Shown here: one piece after another, positions 41,118-55,135 of the stretch | Numbering within the stretch: the first letter of the stretch is position 1 | How the letters are laid out: each line of letters opens with the position of its first letter | DNA from: Octopus vulgaris | Lineage: Eukaryota | DNA length: 64,000 nucleotides | Direction of reading: 5' to 3' | Assembly: GCA_951406725.2 (NCBI GenBank) | Contig: OX597833.1 | Location: forward strand, 16,988,001-17,052,000 | Notes under the pieces: generated by a model | Database searches by the model: none | The model's input: the letters and a program-made list of their open reading frames with translations, nothing else | What the model was told of the DNA's origin: nothing | Made by a program: the position numbers and the translations under genes

Positions 41118-42364
41118 GCCAGATTTTCTGTCTTCCCTTCTTTCCGCCTAATTTAATAGATGAGTAGATATCTAGAAAACTACACACATGTGTGTATGTA
41201 TATATATAGCTGTGCGCCTAGACAGATAGATGAACAACACTTCAGTAAATAACCGGAGTATTCTCAATACTTGGTAAATATTTTCTTTTGATCGGCTGCA
41301 AATCGGATACCACAAGAGGTACTCCAACTGCAGCTATTTCAGTATATTACTAGTATTTCCTTTTATCTACTTGAAAGTTAAGGTTCAACTCGTTGTAAAC
41401 ACTCGATATTAAGATCGTTATATAGTGCTCGACTTCCTTTGCCGTTTTTACACAGTAAGCGAAGATCAGGCTGTAATGACATTTTTGAAACCGTTTAACA
41501 AATGGCCTTGAATGTCTGTTAATGGAAGGCAACAAGCAAATTATTAACGATACTTTTCGGCTTGGCAGCTTTTAAATCTCGTCGAAGATTTTGATATTTT
41601 TATTAGGCTTTGCTTAAATTTCGTTCCAATTAATTCTAAATGATTCTGTGGACTTGCTCTTCAGTTTAGCTTATTAGAATCATTAGTTGGTCATAAAGAC
41701 GATCAACCTACGGTAACTATGACAGCAGTTGAACCTGTAAGATGCACAAGTAATACCACTTAATTTCTTGTTTCATTTCTTTTCTTAAGTTTTTCGTTAA
41801 CCTTCATTACAGCTTCTTGTCTCCTTCTTTCTCTCCCATACTTCATCTCCTCCTACTCTCAATATATACCCACATATACTGAGCATTTTCTCCCGCTCTC
41901 TCTCTCTCTAAATTACTTCGTTATGTACGTATGCATGTATAAACTAAACTGTTTGCCGTTTTTCCTATCTCTCTCTCTCTCTCTCGTTCCCGCTATTAGC
42001 AATTCCTTCCTCTGCCAAAAGCAATGATTTATATGTCATTGGATATATGATACTAAGGAGACTTTAGAAGGTTAGACTTCCTAGGAAGAATAATGAATGC
42101 TTCAAATGCGATCCCTACAGGAACTATACCATTTGCAAGCGCTCTGTTAAATCACTAATATATTACAGTGGAAATGAAAACTAACAGCTTTTATTAAGAT
42201 AACTTTTTTATTGTATTTATTCACTTAATTTTAATTGCTTTCTGGATTCTCTCTGACGTTATATAAATATCGATTTTTCCTGCCTTGTCGTTTTCCACCT
42301 ACAAGCATTTTCTTCTCCATTTTCTTTCTTCTCTATTTCCCATCTACATGTTTTACGTGTATGC

Positions 42365-42414
<50 letters not shown>

Positions 42415-42417
<3 letters not shown>

Positions 42418-43188
42418 ACTGCGTGGCATCTTGGGCAAGTGTATTCTGCTATAGCTCCGGGCCGACCAATGCCTTGTGAGTGGATTTGGTAGACGGAGAC
42501 TGAAAGAAGCCTATCGTATATATGTATATATGTATGTATGTGTGTATGTTTGTGTGTCTGTGTTTGTCCCCCTAGCATTGCTTGACAACCGATGCTGGTG
42601 TGTTTACGTCCCCGTCACTTAGCGGTTCGACAAAAAGAGACCGATAGAATAAGTACTAGGCTTTGAAAGAATAAGTCCCGGGGTCGATTTGCTCGACTAA
42701 AGGCGGTGCTCCAGCATGGCCGCAGTCAAATGACTGAAACAAGTAAAAGAGTAAAAGAGTATATATATATATATATATATATACTCTTTTACTCTTTGAC
42801 TCTTTTACTTGTTTCAGTCATCAGTTGACTGCGGCTATGCTGGAGCACCGCCTTTAGTCGAGCAAATCGACCTCAGGACTTATTCTTTGTAAGCCTAGTA
42901 CTTATTCTAACGGTCTCTTTTGCCGAACCGCCAAGTTACATCGGTTATCAAGCGATGTTGGTGTGACAAACATAGACACACAAAAAACACACACATGTAT
43001 ATATATATATTTACATACATATATACGACAGGCTTCTTTCAGTTTCTGTCTACCAAATCCCCTCACAAGGCATTGGTCGGCCCGAGGCTATAGTAGAAGA
43101 CACTTCCCCAAGGTACCACGCAGTGGGACTGAACCCGTAACCATGTGGTCGGTAAACAAGCTACTTACCACACAGCCACTCCTGCGCC
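42415..43188. mobile_element. Tail-to-tail inverted pair of SINE B (42415-42761 plus; 42783-43188 minus)
   Basis: The copies are separated by only ~20 bp of (TA)n. Confidence 0.92.
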
Positions 43189-43376
43189 TATATATATGTA
43201 TGTATTTTAAAAGGTCGGGCGATTACAGTATATATATATACAGAAAATTACTTCAGATAAAATTAATTAAATTAATATCACGAGCGAGCAAGATGTTTAA
43301 AGATTTATAATGGTCATCGGATGAAGTAAAATTAAACAGAGTAAGACGATTTAAAACTGTCGTCGAATGAAATATA

Positions 43377-44070
<694 letters not shown>

Positions 44071-44099
44071 TTAATAATACGTATTACTACAATAATCCT

Positions 44100-45400
44100 T
44101 ATCATATCTCAGAGACGTTTGCATTATATGATAGTGATTAACCAGTGGGATTTTTTTTGGGGGATTATATAATCCCTAGTGTGGATCTAACATCCTTGAA
44201 CTGACTGACGATATATAAACACATGTACACATATATACATATGCATCAGATACTCAGAAACGACTTGAGAAGAATATTCAGCGAAATAGATATATAACTA
44301 TTAAAGCCAAACTAACAGCATTTAACCTTCTTGACACAGGTCAACTTTGAAATGCAGGCATACCCTACTAAACCAGAAATGCGAATGACAAAACTACATA
44401 CACAAGTATTTCAACCACCTACTAGCCATGATTAGGAATTTTGTAACCGGCACATCTTGGAGAGTTCTTGATTTATTATCATAAGATATTTTTTCAGCAG
44501 AACTACACACACCATAGGTAATAACGACTGCCGAGAAACAAACGCTGCTTTGGGGAAAAAATTTTTCCAAAAGGATTATTTCGCACAAAACAAAAGAACC
44601 GAAAAAAAGATAGATATTCTGATTTAATCCACATTTTAAAGATAATTTCTCCACCAATAAAAACATAAATTTCTTATACTTGATACCACATCTTTTATCA
44701 ACGTATAAATACAGCAAACGTTTAGATAGTATTGTTTCCTAACTTCCACTCCACAACTAGGAACCAACTTTTAAATGCAGAAACCCCTCAATATATAAGT
44801 TTAAAGAATGGTCCCTCTCTAAAATGGTTATATATGAAGCCTAATTTTTAAGTGCTATCCTTTAATTGGTTGAAAGCTATGTGAGTGTTACTTTAAATAT
44901 GTTTAAGAGCAGATAATACTTGCATATACAAAGACAAAGAGGATTACCTCTGTGGAGGCGCGTGGCTTAGTGGTTAGGGTGTTGAACTCATGATCGTAAG
45001 GTTGTGGTCTCGATTCCTAGACTGGGCGATGAGTTGTGTTCTTGAGCAAAACACTTCATTTTCACGTTGCTCCACTCCACTCAGCTGGCAAAAATGAGTA
45101 ATCCTGCGACGGACGGGAGTCCCGTCCAGGTGGGGAATTTCTACGCCCCTGAAACCGGGAAACCGGCCCTTATGAGCCTGGCATGGCTCGAGAAGGAAAG
45201 AAAGATTACCTCAGCTTCTCTCCAGTAATATCGAATATTATTATTATTATTAAAGTAGCTTCATATAACTGCAGGGCGCGAAACTGATGGTTATACTTCA
45301 CAGAAACATATCAAATCCAAAACAGCCATTTTTTAATGACCTGAAGATTGCCTGATCTAGTACAAGTGCACGAAATATGATTAATAGTTAATCTTATGAC
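44100..45400 (+). pseudogene. Degenerate Penelope-like element (RT end, thumb, GIY-YIG), interrupted by a SINE
   Basis: ITIKAKLTAFNLLD, FNHLLAMIRN, IF*FNPHF..TN..FLYLI, KCRNP...VIYEA, YVSVT..FKSR*YLH. A decayed CTGAAGA...GAAA motif lies at 45341-45376. Confidence 0.6.
44952..45200 (+). mobile_element. tRNA/CORE-like SINE with TSD gattacctc
   Basis: A-box tggcttagtgg, CORE-like segment, and a tail shared with 28337-28575. Confidence 0.88.
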
Positions 45401-45955
45401 ATCTCAAATTTAGTTATATGAATTTTCTTTTTCATGCAATATGAGATATGTCTTTAAATTTATATACAAATGAATGCTTTTGTCATAGGATATATTCTTT
45501 AAATATAGAAATTGTTAAAACATCATGATTAATAAGAAATACAATGCACTTTGAATGGATGGTAACAGAGCTGGTATGGACAGGAAATATAAGCGTAGTT
45601 ATAAAAATTGAAGAATAATGGTTGAATATAGACAAAGGACAACGGTACAATTCAAGGCCACTTCCTCGGTCCAGAGATATCGGTCTTTTGAGCAATGAAA
45701 AGGTGTATTTTACAGAGCTGGTATGGACAGGAAACATAACCGTAATTATAAAAACGAAGAATAATGGTTGAATATAATTCAAGGCCGCTTCCTCGGTCCG
45801 GAGATATCGGTCTTTTGTTAATGGAAGAAGTATATTTTACAGAAGTTACTTCAATTGTCATGGTGAGAAAGCATCAGCATGCTTACTTCAATAACTGACC
45901 TTCAGCTTAATGTTTACATGCGATCACGAAATCCATACCATACACTGTAAGCCAG

Positions 45956-45958
<3 letters not shown>

Positions 45959-46041
<83 letters not shown>

Positions 46042-46065
46042 TAGGTAGGTAGGTAGGTAGGTAGG

Positions 46066-46160
<95 letters not shown>

Positions 46161-46186
46161 GTAGGTAGGTAGATAGATAGATAGAG

Positions 46187-46264
<78 letters not shown>

Positions 46265-46273
46265 GTAGGTAGG

Positions 46274-46361
<88 letters not shown>

Positions 46362-46371
46362 GAGAGATAGG

Positions 46372-46449
<78 letters not shown>

Positions 46450-46460
46450 TAGATAGATAT
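45959..46460. repeat. (TA)n-(GA)n-(GATA/GGTA)n microsatellite
   Basis: Direct reading. Confidence 0.97.
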
Positions 46461-46704
46461 GTTGTTTAGAGTTCATTGTATATTGTAAATCTTTAGCTGA
46501 ATGCTGTTCACGCAATCTGGCGTTAGTTCCATTTTATTCAATATAATGGAACATGCATTATGCAATATGAACTTGCATTTTCTTCTTTATGAATTCACGG
46601 TCGGCTATATTCCTCAATTGATTTATACATTGTTTAATGTATATCTCGTTACGTGTTTTGAATCTCGACTGATACCATCATCTAACACGGAATATCCCAC
46701 AAAC

Positions 46705-46745
<41 letters not shown>

Positions 46746-46859
46746 CGTACAGATCATACAATTACATGCATACACACGCATATACAAACTTGCACATTCA
46801 TACGTCGTTATAGTCGTTAAAGAATTATTGATAACAAACATAACTTACGCACCGATACA

Positions 46860-47624
46860 ATGCGAATGAAGGCAGATAACCCTTATTTAATCCCCTATTA
46901 TCGATCTATAAGTAAATATAAAACCTTCAAAAGTAATTACGCCATGAATACTAGTAAAAATATTTGGTTAATAATTCCTTACGGGAGACAAATTAAATCT
47001 AATCTCCCACTGCTGTTTCGTAAAGCTATTGCTTGGAATTTTCCAAACAATTATAGATATTACTCTATAATTAATTCACATAAGGTTAGGATAGGTTTTT
47101 CAAACACAAAAAATCTCTTGCAAATTATCTCTTCTCATAATAACAAACTGTTAAATATTAATACATTTACTAATACTAACATTAATTTAGCTAATACCAT
47201 CCAACCCTCTAGAAATATTAATAACATGGTTATTGTATCTGAAGTCAATTCCAATAGAATTAAGTTTATGTCAAGTAACTCTAAGATTTAAAATTCTATA
47301 TACCAGTGTATAATCAGTACTCGTAATAAAGTACGATTTTACATTGGAAGCACATCGTTAGAGTTATCTAAAAGAATTTCTATCCATTACTCAACATTTA
47401 GGGATAGAAATAAACGGAATAGTACCGGTCTCAGCAAACTGATTTGGGATTTAAAAGACCACAATGAACAATTTCATTTAGAATGGTTGATTCTCTCAAT
47501 TTCGATACCATATGACAAAGGCAAGAAATTATTTTTTTCAAAAAATACTCTAGTAAACACGGTTATAGAGCGAGCATACAGATGTAAACATTGGCAAAAA
47601 CATACATTTAGTGCATATAAGTAG
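46860..47624 (+). pseudogene. Penelope-like thumb/linker + GIY-YIG endonuclease ORF with one in-frame TAA (47289-47291); no RT upstream
   Basis: IWLIIPY..IKSN..F...NFP..IINSHKVRIGFSNTKNLLQIISSHNNKLL continues in frame as SIYQC...FYIGST..KR..H..F...STGLSKLIWDLK...EW.IL...PY...CKH. Confidence 0.88.
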
Positions 47625-47825
47625 TCTCTATCATTATATATAATTTAAACTTTAATTTCCTTTATATTTAACATTCACTATTAATATCCCTACTCTTTCT
47701 GTTAGCTACTTATGACGTTATATCATATAACGTTTTTTTAAACAATATTAATAGCGTTCTGTCTATCGCTATACAAATCCATCATTTTTTGCTAAAATGT
47801 CTTATTGACGAGTTTCGTTTTTTTC

Positions 47826-47911
47826 ACTTTCCTGAGGAGAAGATTGCATTGTTTATACCATTTATTCTTTTGAATAGTATCAGTGGAATTTTCGAAACAT
47901 GTGTCGAAAGT
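47826..47911 (+). ncRNA. Type I hammerhead ribozyme with an intact core; predicted cleavage after GUC at 47905
   Basis: actttc-CTGAGGA-gaagattgcattg...cagtggaattttc-GAAACAtgTGTC-gaaagt; all three stems pair. Confidence 0.88.
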
Positions 47912-47968
47912 AAAAATATTTGATTACACCTGCGTTTTTAATTCATATATATATATATATATATATAT

Positions 47969-48325
47969 TTAAAATGAGGGTGAGAAATTGGATATTAATT
48001 TAATTAATATCAATTTAACACCAGTGGTCTAGCATATTAAAATCTGAAGGTTCAGAAAATTGTATTATATACATATGAGAGGGATGACCACTATGTGTAC
48101 AACCCTTATGCTAGAAGTAGATCTGCTATGGTCTTACCACTAAGAAATGTTCTCAAGAAAAAATTTAGCAAACACCAGAACGTAAGCGAGCAAGACTTTT
48201 CATTTGTGTTGCTCGCTTACGTTCTGGTGTTTGCTAAATTTTTCTTGAGAACATTTCTTAGTGGTAAAACCTTAGCGGATCTACTTCTAGCATAAGGGTT
48301 GTCCACATGGTGGACATCCCTCTCA
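47969..48325 (+). mobile_element. Foldback element (~118-bp arms, 48076-48325) with a ~100-bp asymmetric extension
   Basis: Near-perfect hairpin tgagagggatgacc...catccctctca; the same composite occurs inverted at 28980-29520. Confidence 0.85.
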
Positions 48326-48385
48326 TATATATATATACATATACATACATATATATATATATACATACATATGTATATATACATA

Positions 48386-50099
48386 TTGGGTCGAGTCATA
48401 AATAATTTCCCTTTTTTGGAAGTAAATAGTACGATTCGTTTCGAACCTCAGGTGTTTAAGATTGAAATGGAAGCTACCATTTTTAAAAGAGCCTCATATT
48501 TAAGCAATGAAATCGTGCACATCATAGTTTAATATTAAATTTCACTCCCCTAAATCGGATGAACTGAAGGTGCATATTCGACATGTGATGCTGCGGGGAG
48601 TTTAAGAATGGTAAAAAAATGCAACAGAAACAGCTAAGAAAATATGCAGTGTTTATGGTCAAGGTGTCATTACTGAATGACAGGTGCGAAATTGGTTTTC
48701 TAAGTTCCGTTCCGGTGTTTTGTCGTTAAGAGACAACTCAGACCATGGCCCTCATCAGACTTCGATCAAGAAACTTCAAGATGATTAATGGAATTGAATC
48801 CACGTAAAAATACACGGGAATTAGAAATTGACTTCAACACATCCCAATTCACGATCTGTCGCCATTTGGAAAAGACACTCACGCTTACACCGTTAAGGAA
48901 ATTATATTAAATACGGTCATGAACAAATAAATTGGTCTTATTAGAGTCGAACAGACAAAGGGTATCTGCCGCCCCGCTGTGTGGCTGGTTTACAGTCGGT
49001 TGCAGATGACTGGGCCGACATATTTAGTAGCAGTTTGTCATACGCACACACGCGTATTCAGTGACACTTATATCAAAACTGTGTTTGACATCAGGTTGCC
49101 TAAACAGTGTAAGTGCCTTAATTGGCATACTACTAACCGTATACTCAAAGACCAAATAATTACTTGTGTGAGAGAGAGAGAGAGAGGGAGAGAAAGAGAG
49201 AGTACGTGCGCTCATGTGTGCACTGTGAATAAAATCCATGGGTCATTTGAAAAGTATCGCTTAAAAAATTTACTTGGATTAATTTAGAATTTACTGTGGG
49301 CCAATATAAATTGATGTAACAGCATTGAATTACTGTTTGTCATTAAACTCTCGAGCATCGAGTAGAGCATTCTTGTGGAAGTTTTGGGTATAGCATCCCC
49401 ATACTCTTATTGAGAAGAATAAGGAAGATCGTATGTCCATAGGGGCAAGTCTTTTTTTTTTAAGGTAGATGATCAAAAATGGGTCTCTTATGACAATGTT
49501 CAACGCAAAAGGCAATGGATTGACAAGGATAAATTTCCACAACTACGTCAAAGGCTGAGCGTCATTGAAGGAAGGTTATATTGTGTGAATGGTGGGGTCA
49601 CCGTGGTATTTATTATTCGAATTTTTAAACCGCAATCAAACACTAAATGCTAACTTATAGTCTCAACTACTGAAATGTGTGAATGAAAATCTTTTCTGAA
49701 AATGCTCTGGATTTGTCAATAGGAGAAATGTTGTGCTTCGCTACGATAACACAAGACCACAAATCAACAAGAATCACTCAGGATAAAATGTTGGGTTTGA
49801 TCTGGTCTGGTCTGGTCTGTTCTACCCCTTCAACTGATTTCCATCTTTTTCGCCCTCGACAAGATGCTCTGATTGGGAAAAAAAATTCCTAAAGAAGATC
49901 AGGCGAAAATGCATGTGGAAAAACGTCTTCAAGTCGAAGCCTGGTGAAGTTTACTCGAGAGTAATCAAAAAGCTACATGATAAATGGTAAAAAGTAATTC
50001 GAAATAATGGCAAATATAATGATAATTGAAAATAATTATTTGTAAAATAATTTTATAAGGTATTTAACAAAATCGGAAATTATTTATGACTCAACCCAA
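48386..50099 (+). mobile_element. Degenerate mariner (second family) with an internal insertion at ~48880-49240
   Basis: TA|ttgggtcgagtcataaataatttcc ... ggaaattatttatgactcaacccaa|TA. Remnants include HIRHVML, QVRNWFSKFRSG, YDNVQRKRQW, DNTRP and TDFHLF. Confidence 0.88.
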
Positions 50100-50165
50100 T
50101 ATGTATGTATGCATGTATGTATGTATGTATGTATGTATGTATGTATGTATGTATGTATGTATGTG

Positions 50166-50271
<106 letters not shown>

Positions 50272-50378
50272 TGAGAAAATTAATCCAAACATGAAACACA
50301 AAGAGAAAACACAACAACGCGAAAACGTGGAACAAATATAATATTATTGGATGCTCAGGAAGGAAGGGAAGAAGGAGG

Positions 50379-50413
50379 GTTTTACGTTTCGAGCGGAGCT
50401 CTTCGTCAGAAAC
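50379..50413 (-). ncRNA. Minimal type I hammerhead ribozyme, intact (within element 50291-50472)
   Basis: Minus strand reads gttt-CTGACGA-a-gagc-tcc-gctc-GAAACGTA-aaac. Confidence 0.8.
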
Positions 50414-50469
50414 ATAGGATCCAGAGAAGGGGAGACGGGGGAAAAAAATCCCCAACGGTACACACGCGG

Positions 50470-50515
<46 letters not shown>

Positions 50516-50653
50516 AATTTAGGGTATCTTAGAGATACCACCATGCTGAAATAGTAGTCAAAACCCTGACCCTAAAACCACCTTAAATGTTCATATCGCG
50601 CCAGGAGAGAAGACAGAGAGACAAAATAAACTAACAAAAAAAAAAAGATTTTA

Positions 50654-50726
50654 CTGGATTATTCAAGATCCTGGATTTCTGGCTTTGCTTCAGAGAAGCT
50701 CTGCCTTCTTCAGTTGAATATACCAG
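50654..50726 (-). ncRNA. Type I hammerhead ribozyme with an AUC site
   Basis: Minus strand reads ctggtat-attcaa-CTGAAGA-a-ggc-aga-gcttc-tct-gaagc-aaa-gcc-a-GAAATCCaGGATC-ttgaat-aatccag. Confidence 0.75.
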
Positions 50727-51239
50727 ATAAGCACATAAATACGGATATATATATATATATATATATATACATGCAGATCATACGTTAAACTTACATATAC
50801 GAACGCTCATACATACATATATATGCACGTATGTACTCAGAACGTAACGGCAGACGAAATACCGCTAAGCATTTCGCCCAGCGAACATCTCCAAGCGCGA
50901 TAGGGTCAAAATAAACACCGCAGTGAATATAATGACGAATTAAATAAATTTATAAATAAGGATAATATCGATATGTAAATATCGATCTTATCAAGTGGAT
51001 CTCCAAATGTAATCAAATACCTGTATTTTGGGAGAACCACGTTGTATTGAAACAAGTTTAGTGATTAAATATAACTGTCAACCGTACGCCTTCTTGTTGA
51101 CTTCAATTTCTTCAATCTGATATATATATATATATATATACACATTCATATATACATTCATAGCTACATACACACACATACATACATACATACATACATA
51201 CAACCGTACGCCTTCTTGTTGACTTCAATTTCTTCAATC

Positions 51240-51276
<37 letters not shown>

Positions 51277-51393
51277 CGTGATCACCGTGACCGACCAGGC
51301 CATCAGATGTTGTTACACATCGCTGGTCACAATGCGCTTCGCATTGTTTTAGCCTTCAAATGACGCCACCCCGCTGGCTAAGCGAGCAGGCCA

Positions 51394-51426
<33 letters not shown>

Positions 51427-51462
51427 TTCATACATACATTCATAGCTACATACACACACAAA

Positions 51463-51512
<50 letters not shown>

Positions 51513-52007
51513 TACATACATACATACATACATACATACATACATACATACATACATACATACATAGTTCCATAATTTCCGAAGAGTCATACGTGAAATG
51601 AAGTATATTTTGTTGGTCTAACGATTATGAATTAAATATTTCATATTTTCACAGACACCCACGTTGGATAATTTATAAGATTTCAAAGCATTGGCTATTT
51701 AATTTTATTTCATTTTATCACTTCTTTGTCATCAGGTTTTTATTTAGGCAATATGTATCTAATAACTAAGAGTTAAATATCACCTGCACAATTCATTGAA
51801 ATAGCTTTAATTCTGTAGGCAACTGAAGCAATGATGTTAATATCAATAAAACTCAAATGAAAAATTTACCTACTCGTTGAGTATATTTAACAGCTGCGTT
51901 ATTGTAACCATTCAAAGGTAGCATAATAATGTTATATTTCGGGACGGTCATTTTTTTCTTTTTGCCAAATAAATACACGCACTGTATATTCGTACTTCAC
52001 TTCAGAT

Positions 52008-52377
52008 TTATTATTACCTCCACCTTAGCGAAGGCGGAGGTAATGTTTTCAATCGTGTTTGTTTCTTTGTTCATGTTGTTTCTTTGTTCGTGGACAAGAT
52101 ATCTCAAGTACCACTGAATGGATTCGGTTGAAATTTTCAGGGATATTTGGCCTAGCGGCTGGCACGAACTCATAAGATTTTGGGATCGATCAGGTACCGA
52201 ACAAGGATTCTGGATTATTTTTCTTCATTTTTTTTTTTTTACTTAATTTATGAGAGCGGTTGGGTTAATTTTTAATATTCCCGTTTCTGAGAGCAGTCGA
52301 GTTTATTTCAGATATTCTCATTTTTAAAATCATCTCCGGCTAATCGTTGGGAGGTGTTGCCTTGGCGGAGGTTTGCA
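52008..52377. mobile_element. Helentron-associated (HINE-like) element fused to a SINE A head fragment
   Basis: 5' hairpin ttattacctccacc...ggcggaggtaa and 3' subterminal repeat ccttggcggaggt. Confidence 0.55.
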
Positions 52378-52987
52378 TTTCGCCCGGCGTGCTAACGTTT
52401 CTGCCAGCTCGCCGCCTTTAAATATATAAACACCATAACCTATCTGATACTAGTTGTTTGTCTGTCTGTCTGTACCTTTATTCTACTATAGATGAAAAGA
52501 ATATAAAGGCAACAGTAAATAATTTCTGTATGTCTAGTTTGATATTTTTCTGATGTATAGCGTTTGGGAACGGCTTCTAAAGTGAGTCAGAGGTTTATTT
52601 TTTTATATAGCAATGAAGCTGTTAGTCATGACTGGTTATATCAAGGGATTAAACTCGAAAGAACGAGGAAATTCCCTTCAAATATTTTCACTATACTAAA
52701 ACTAGCAATCAAATTTCTTTCAAATCGCAATCTTCTATCTTTAAAAGGTAAGCCATATTGGATAACGTAATTTAAGATACATGATGTCAGAAAACTATGC
52801 TGATATATTTTATTATTATTTTTGTAATTTATAAATATTTATTTCATTATAAATGCAAAACAACACGGAGGAATCGACGTAAGCTTAAATAATAAACCGC
52901 GATAAGTGAACCGCGATATGGCGCGGGATTACTGTACGCTGTTATTCTCCAGGTAAAGTCCATATTATTGACATTAGATAGTAGATA

Positions 52988-53220
52988 AGGCGGCGAGCTG
53001 GCAGAACCGTTAGCACGTCGGGCGAAATGCCTAGCGATATTTCGTCTGCCGCTACGTTCTGAGTTCAAATTCCGCCTAGGTCGACTTTGTCTTTCATCCT
53101 TTTGGGGTGGATAAATTAAGTACCAGTTACGCACTGGGGTCGATATAATCGACTTAATCCGTTTGTCTGTCCTTGTTTGCCCTCTCTGTGTTTAGCCCCT
53201 TGTGGATAGTAAAGAAATAA
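52988..53220 (+). mobile_element. SINE family A, full length
   Basis: Head and tail both present. Confidence 0.92.
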
Positions 53221-53601
53221 GAAAACTATGCTGATATGCTTATGGCTGAACACATTTCATCATGATTCTGATGGATCAGGGTAGCAACAGTGAATTACAT
53301 ATCATCATCATTATCAACAACAACAACAACAATACGTCAACATTACTGTCTCAAGTCCGAGGACTCATCAGGCCGGTTACCTACTTTCCATGGCGTATAA
53401 GTAAGTGAGATCGCAACATTTTCTCTGAAAGGGATTCTAGGCCCGTGGGCAGGTTACTCATTTTTACCTGTTGAGTGGACTGGGAGCGACATGAAATGAA
53501 GTGGTTTACTCAAGAATACAACGCACCGCTAGGACCGAGAATCGCGAGTTGAAACCGCGATCTCGCAATCGTAGGTGCAATAACCTAAACACTAGGCCAG
53601 T

Positions 53602-53757
53602 CGTAAGTAGCCTGCTTACCAGCCACATGGTTCCGGGTTCAGTCCCACTCCGTGGCACCATGGGCAAGTGTCTTCTACTATAGCCCCGGGTCGACCAAAG
53701 CCTTGCGAGTAGATATGGTAGACGGAAACTGAAAGAAGACCGTCGTATATATGTATG

Positions 53758-53823
<66 letters not shown>

Positions 53824-54048
53824 TGTGTTTGTGTGTCTGTGTTTTTTCCCCCAACATCGCTTGACAACCGATGCTGGTGTCTTTACGTCCCAGTAATTTA
53901 GCGGTTCAGCAAAAGAGAGACCGATAGAATAAGTACTAGGCTTAGAAAGAATGAATCCTGGGGTCGATTTGCTCGACTAAAGGCGATGCTCTAGCATGGC
54001 CGCAACGAAATGACTGAAACAAATAAATGAGTAAAGAGTAAAGAGAGT
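53602..54048 (+). mobile_element. SINE family B
   Basis: Homology to other family B copies. Confidence 0.9.
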
Positions 54049-54391
54049 TAAATTAATGTATAGGATCTAATATCTGTTTTGTAAAGATTATTTTCTTCCG
54101 TTCGAGGTATTGCTGTCAATGCGGTCCAGTCTAATTGTCGTTTGTTTTCTGAACAGGTTAGCTATTTTAGTTGATCTGACGTCCTGGAAGACTGTACTGT
54201 TTTTGCTTTTGTCTTCTAGAGCAGGTCTGCGTTGCTTCAGGAGACCTATGGTCAAAGACGTTCCAACCGCAAACACTTCAATTTTTCTTTGTTTTGTTTT
54301 TCAGCAATTGTGTACATAGAACAACATTAACCAATAGAATCTTCCTTTGTAAGATGGAAAAGTGTGAATTAAAAATCATTCATATTATCCA

Positions 54392-54788
54392 ACTAGTAGT
54401 ATCGCCCGGATTTACTCGGGTTTGTTTTCTTTTCGACCCTTTAGAATTAGAATTTTTGAAAAGTAAAAGATTTGCATTATGTAGCTTGTTATTCTCTTTA
54501 AGTGAACGTTTTTCTGGTTGAAATACACCGAAAAATGGTGACACAGCAGTCAAAAGATCGTAAAAAATAGGGATTTTTATAGAAAAAAAGCACCTTTTTG
54601 ATGTAAATAATTTTTGGTCTTAACATGGTCCGATTTGAATTTTTTCTTCTACGGAATGAAGAGCAAGCCTTCTTCTATCATATTCTCAATTTTGGTCAAC
54701 TTGCGCCGCAGGGTCTCGGAGGATATAGTGTTAGTTGAAGGCTACCAAACCTGCCATACACAGACAACTTCAGCTTTATATATAAAGA
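54392..54788. mobile_element. HINE-like element, a copy of 18639-19025
   Basis: End-to-end similarity. Confidence 0.7.
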
Positions 54789-55135
54789 CATCTTCCTATA
54801 TAAAACGGTACTGTAAATTAATGAGGAGTAATGCTTTTTCTTGTAGGACGAACGACTACGTAGCGGATAATTATGTTGTCATTTTAAGACCGATATTAAA
54901 GTATTTGTCTCCACATTATCTTGGTGTGCCAGTGTAAGCAAATTTTATATATGTGTGAGTGCCAACAATAACATCAGAGAAAAATAATACGAAAATACGA
55001 AAATTCGACATCATTATGAAATTTTTAAAAATATTTTCAATTAAATTTAATTGACGCCGGTATATATTTAATTAGTGATTTGTAGTTGCTAGTAATTTGT
55101 CCCAATGAGGCCAGTTGGAGTTTTTATATATATAT

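Noticed and set aside
47289-47291. Selenocysteine recoding in the GIY-YIG ORF
   Set aside because: The in-frame stop is TAA, not TGA, so it is more simply a mutation.
54088-54276. Minus-strand 62-aa ORF as a Penelope GIY-YIG remnant
   Set aside because: Only a vague resemblance, with no diagnostic motif.
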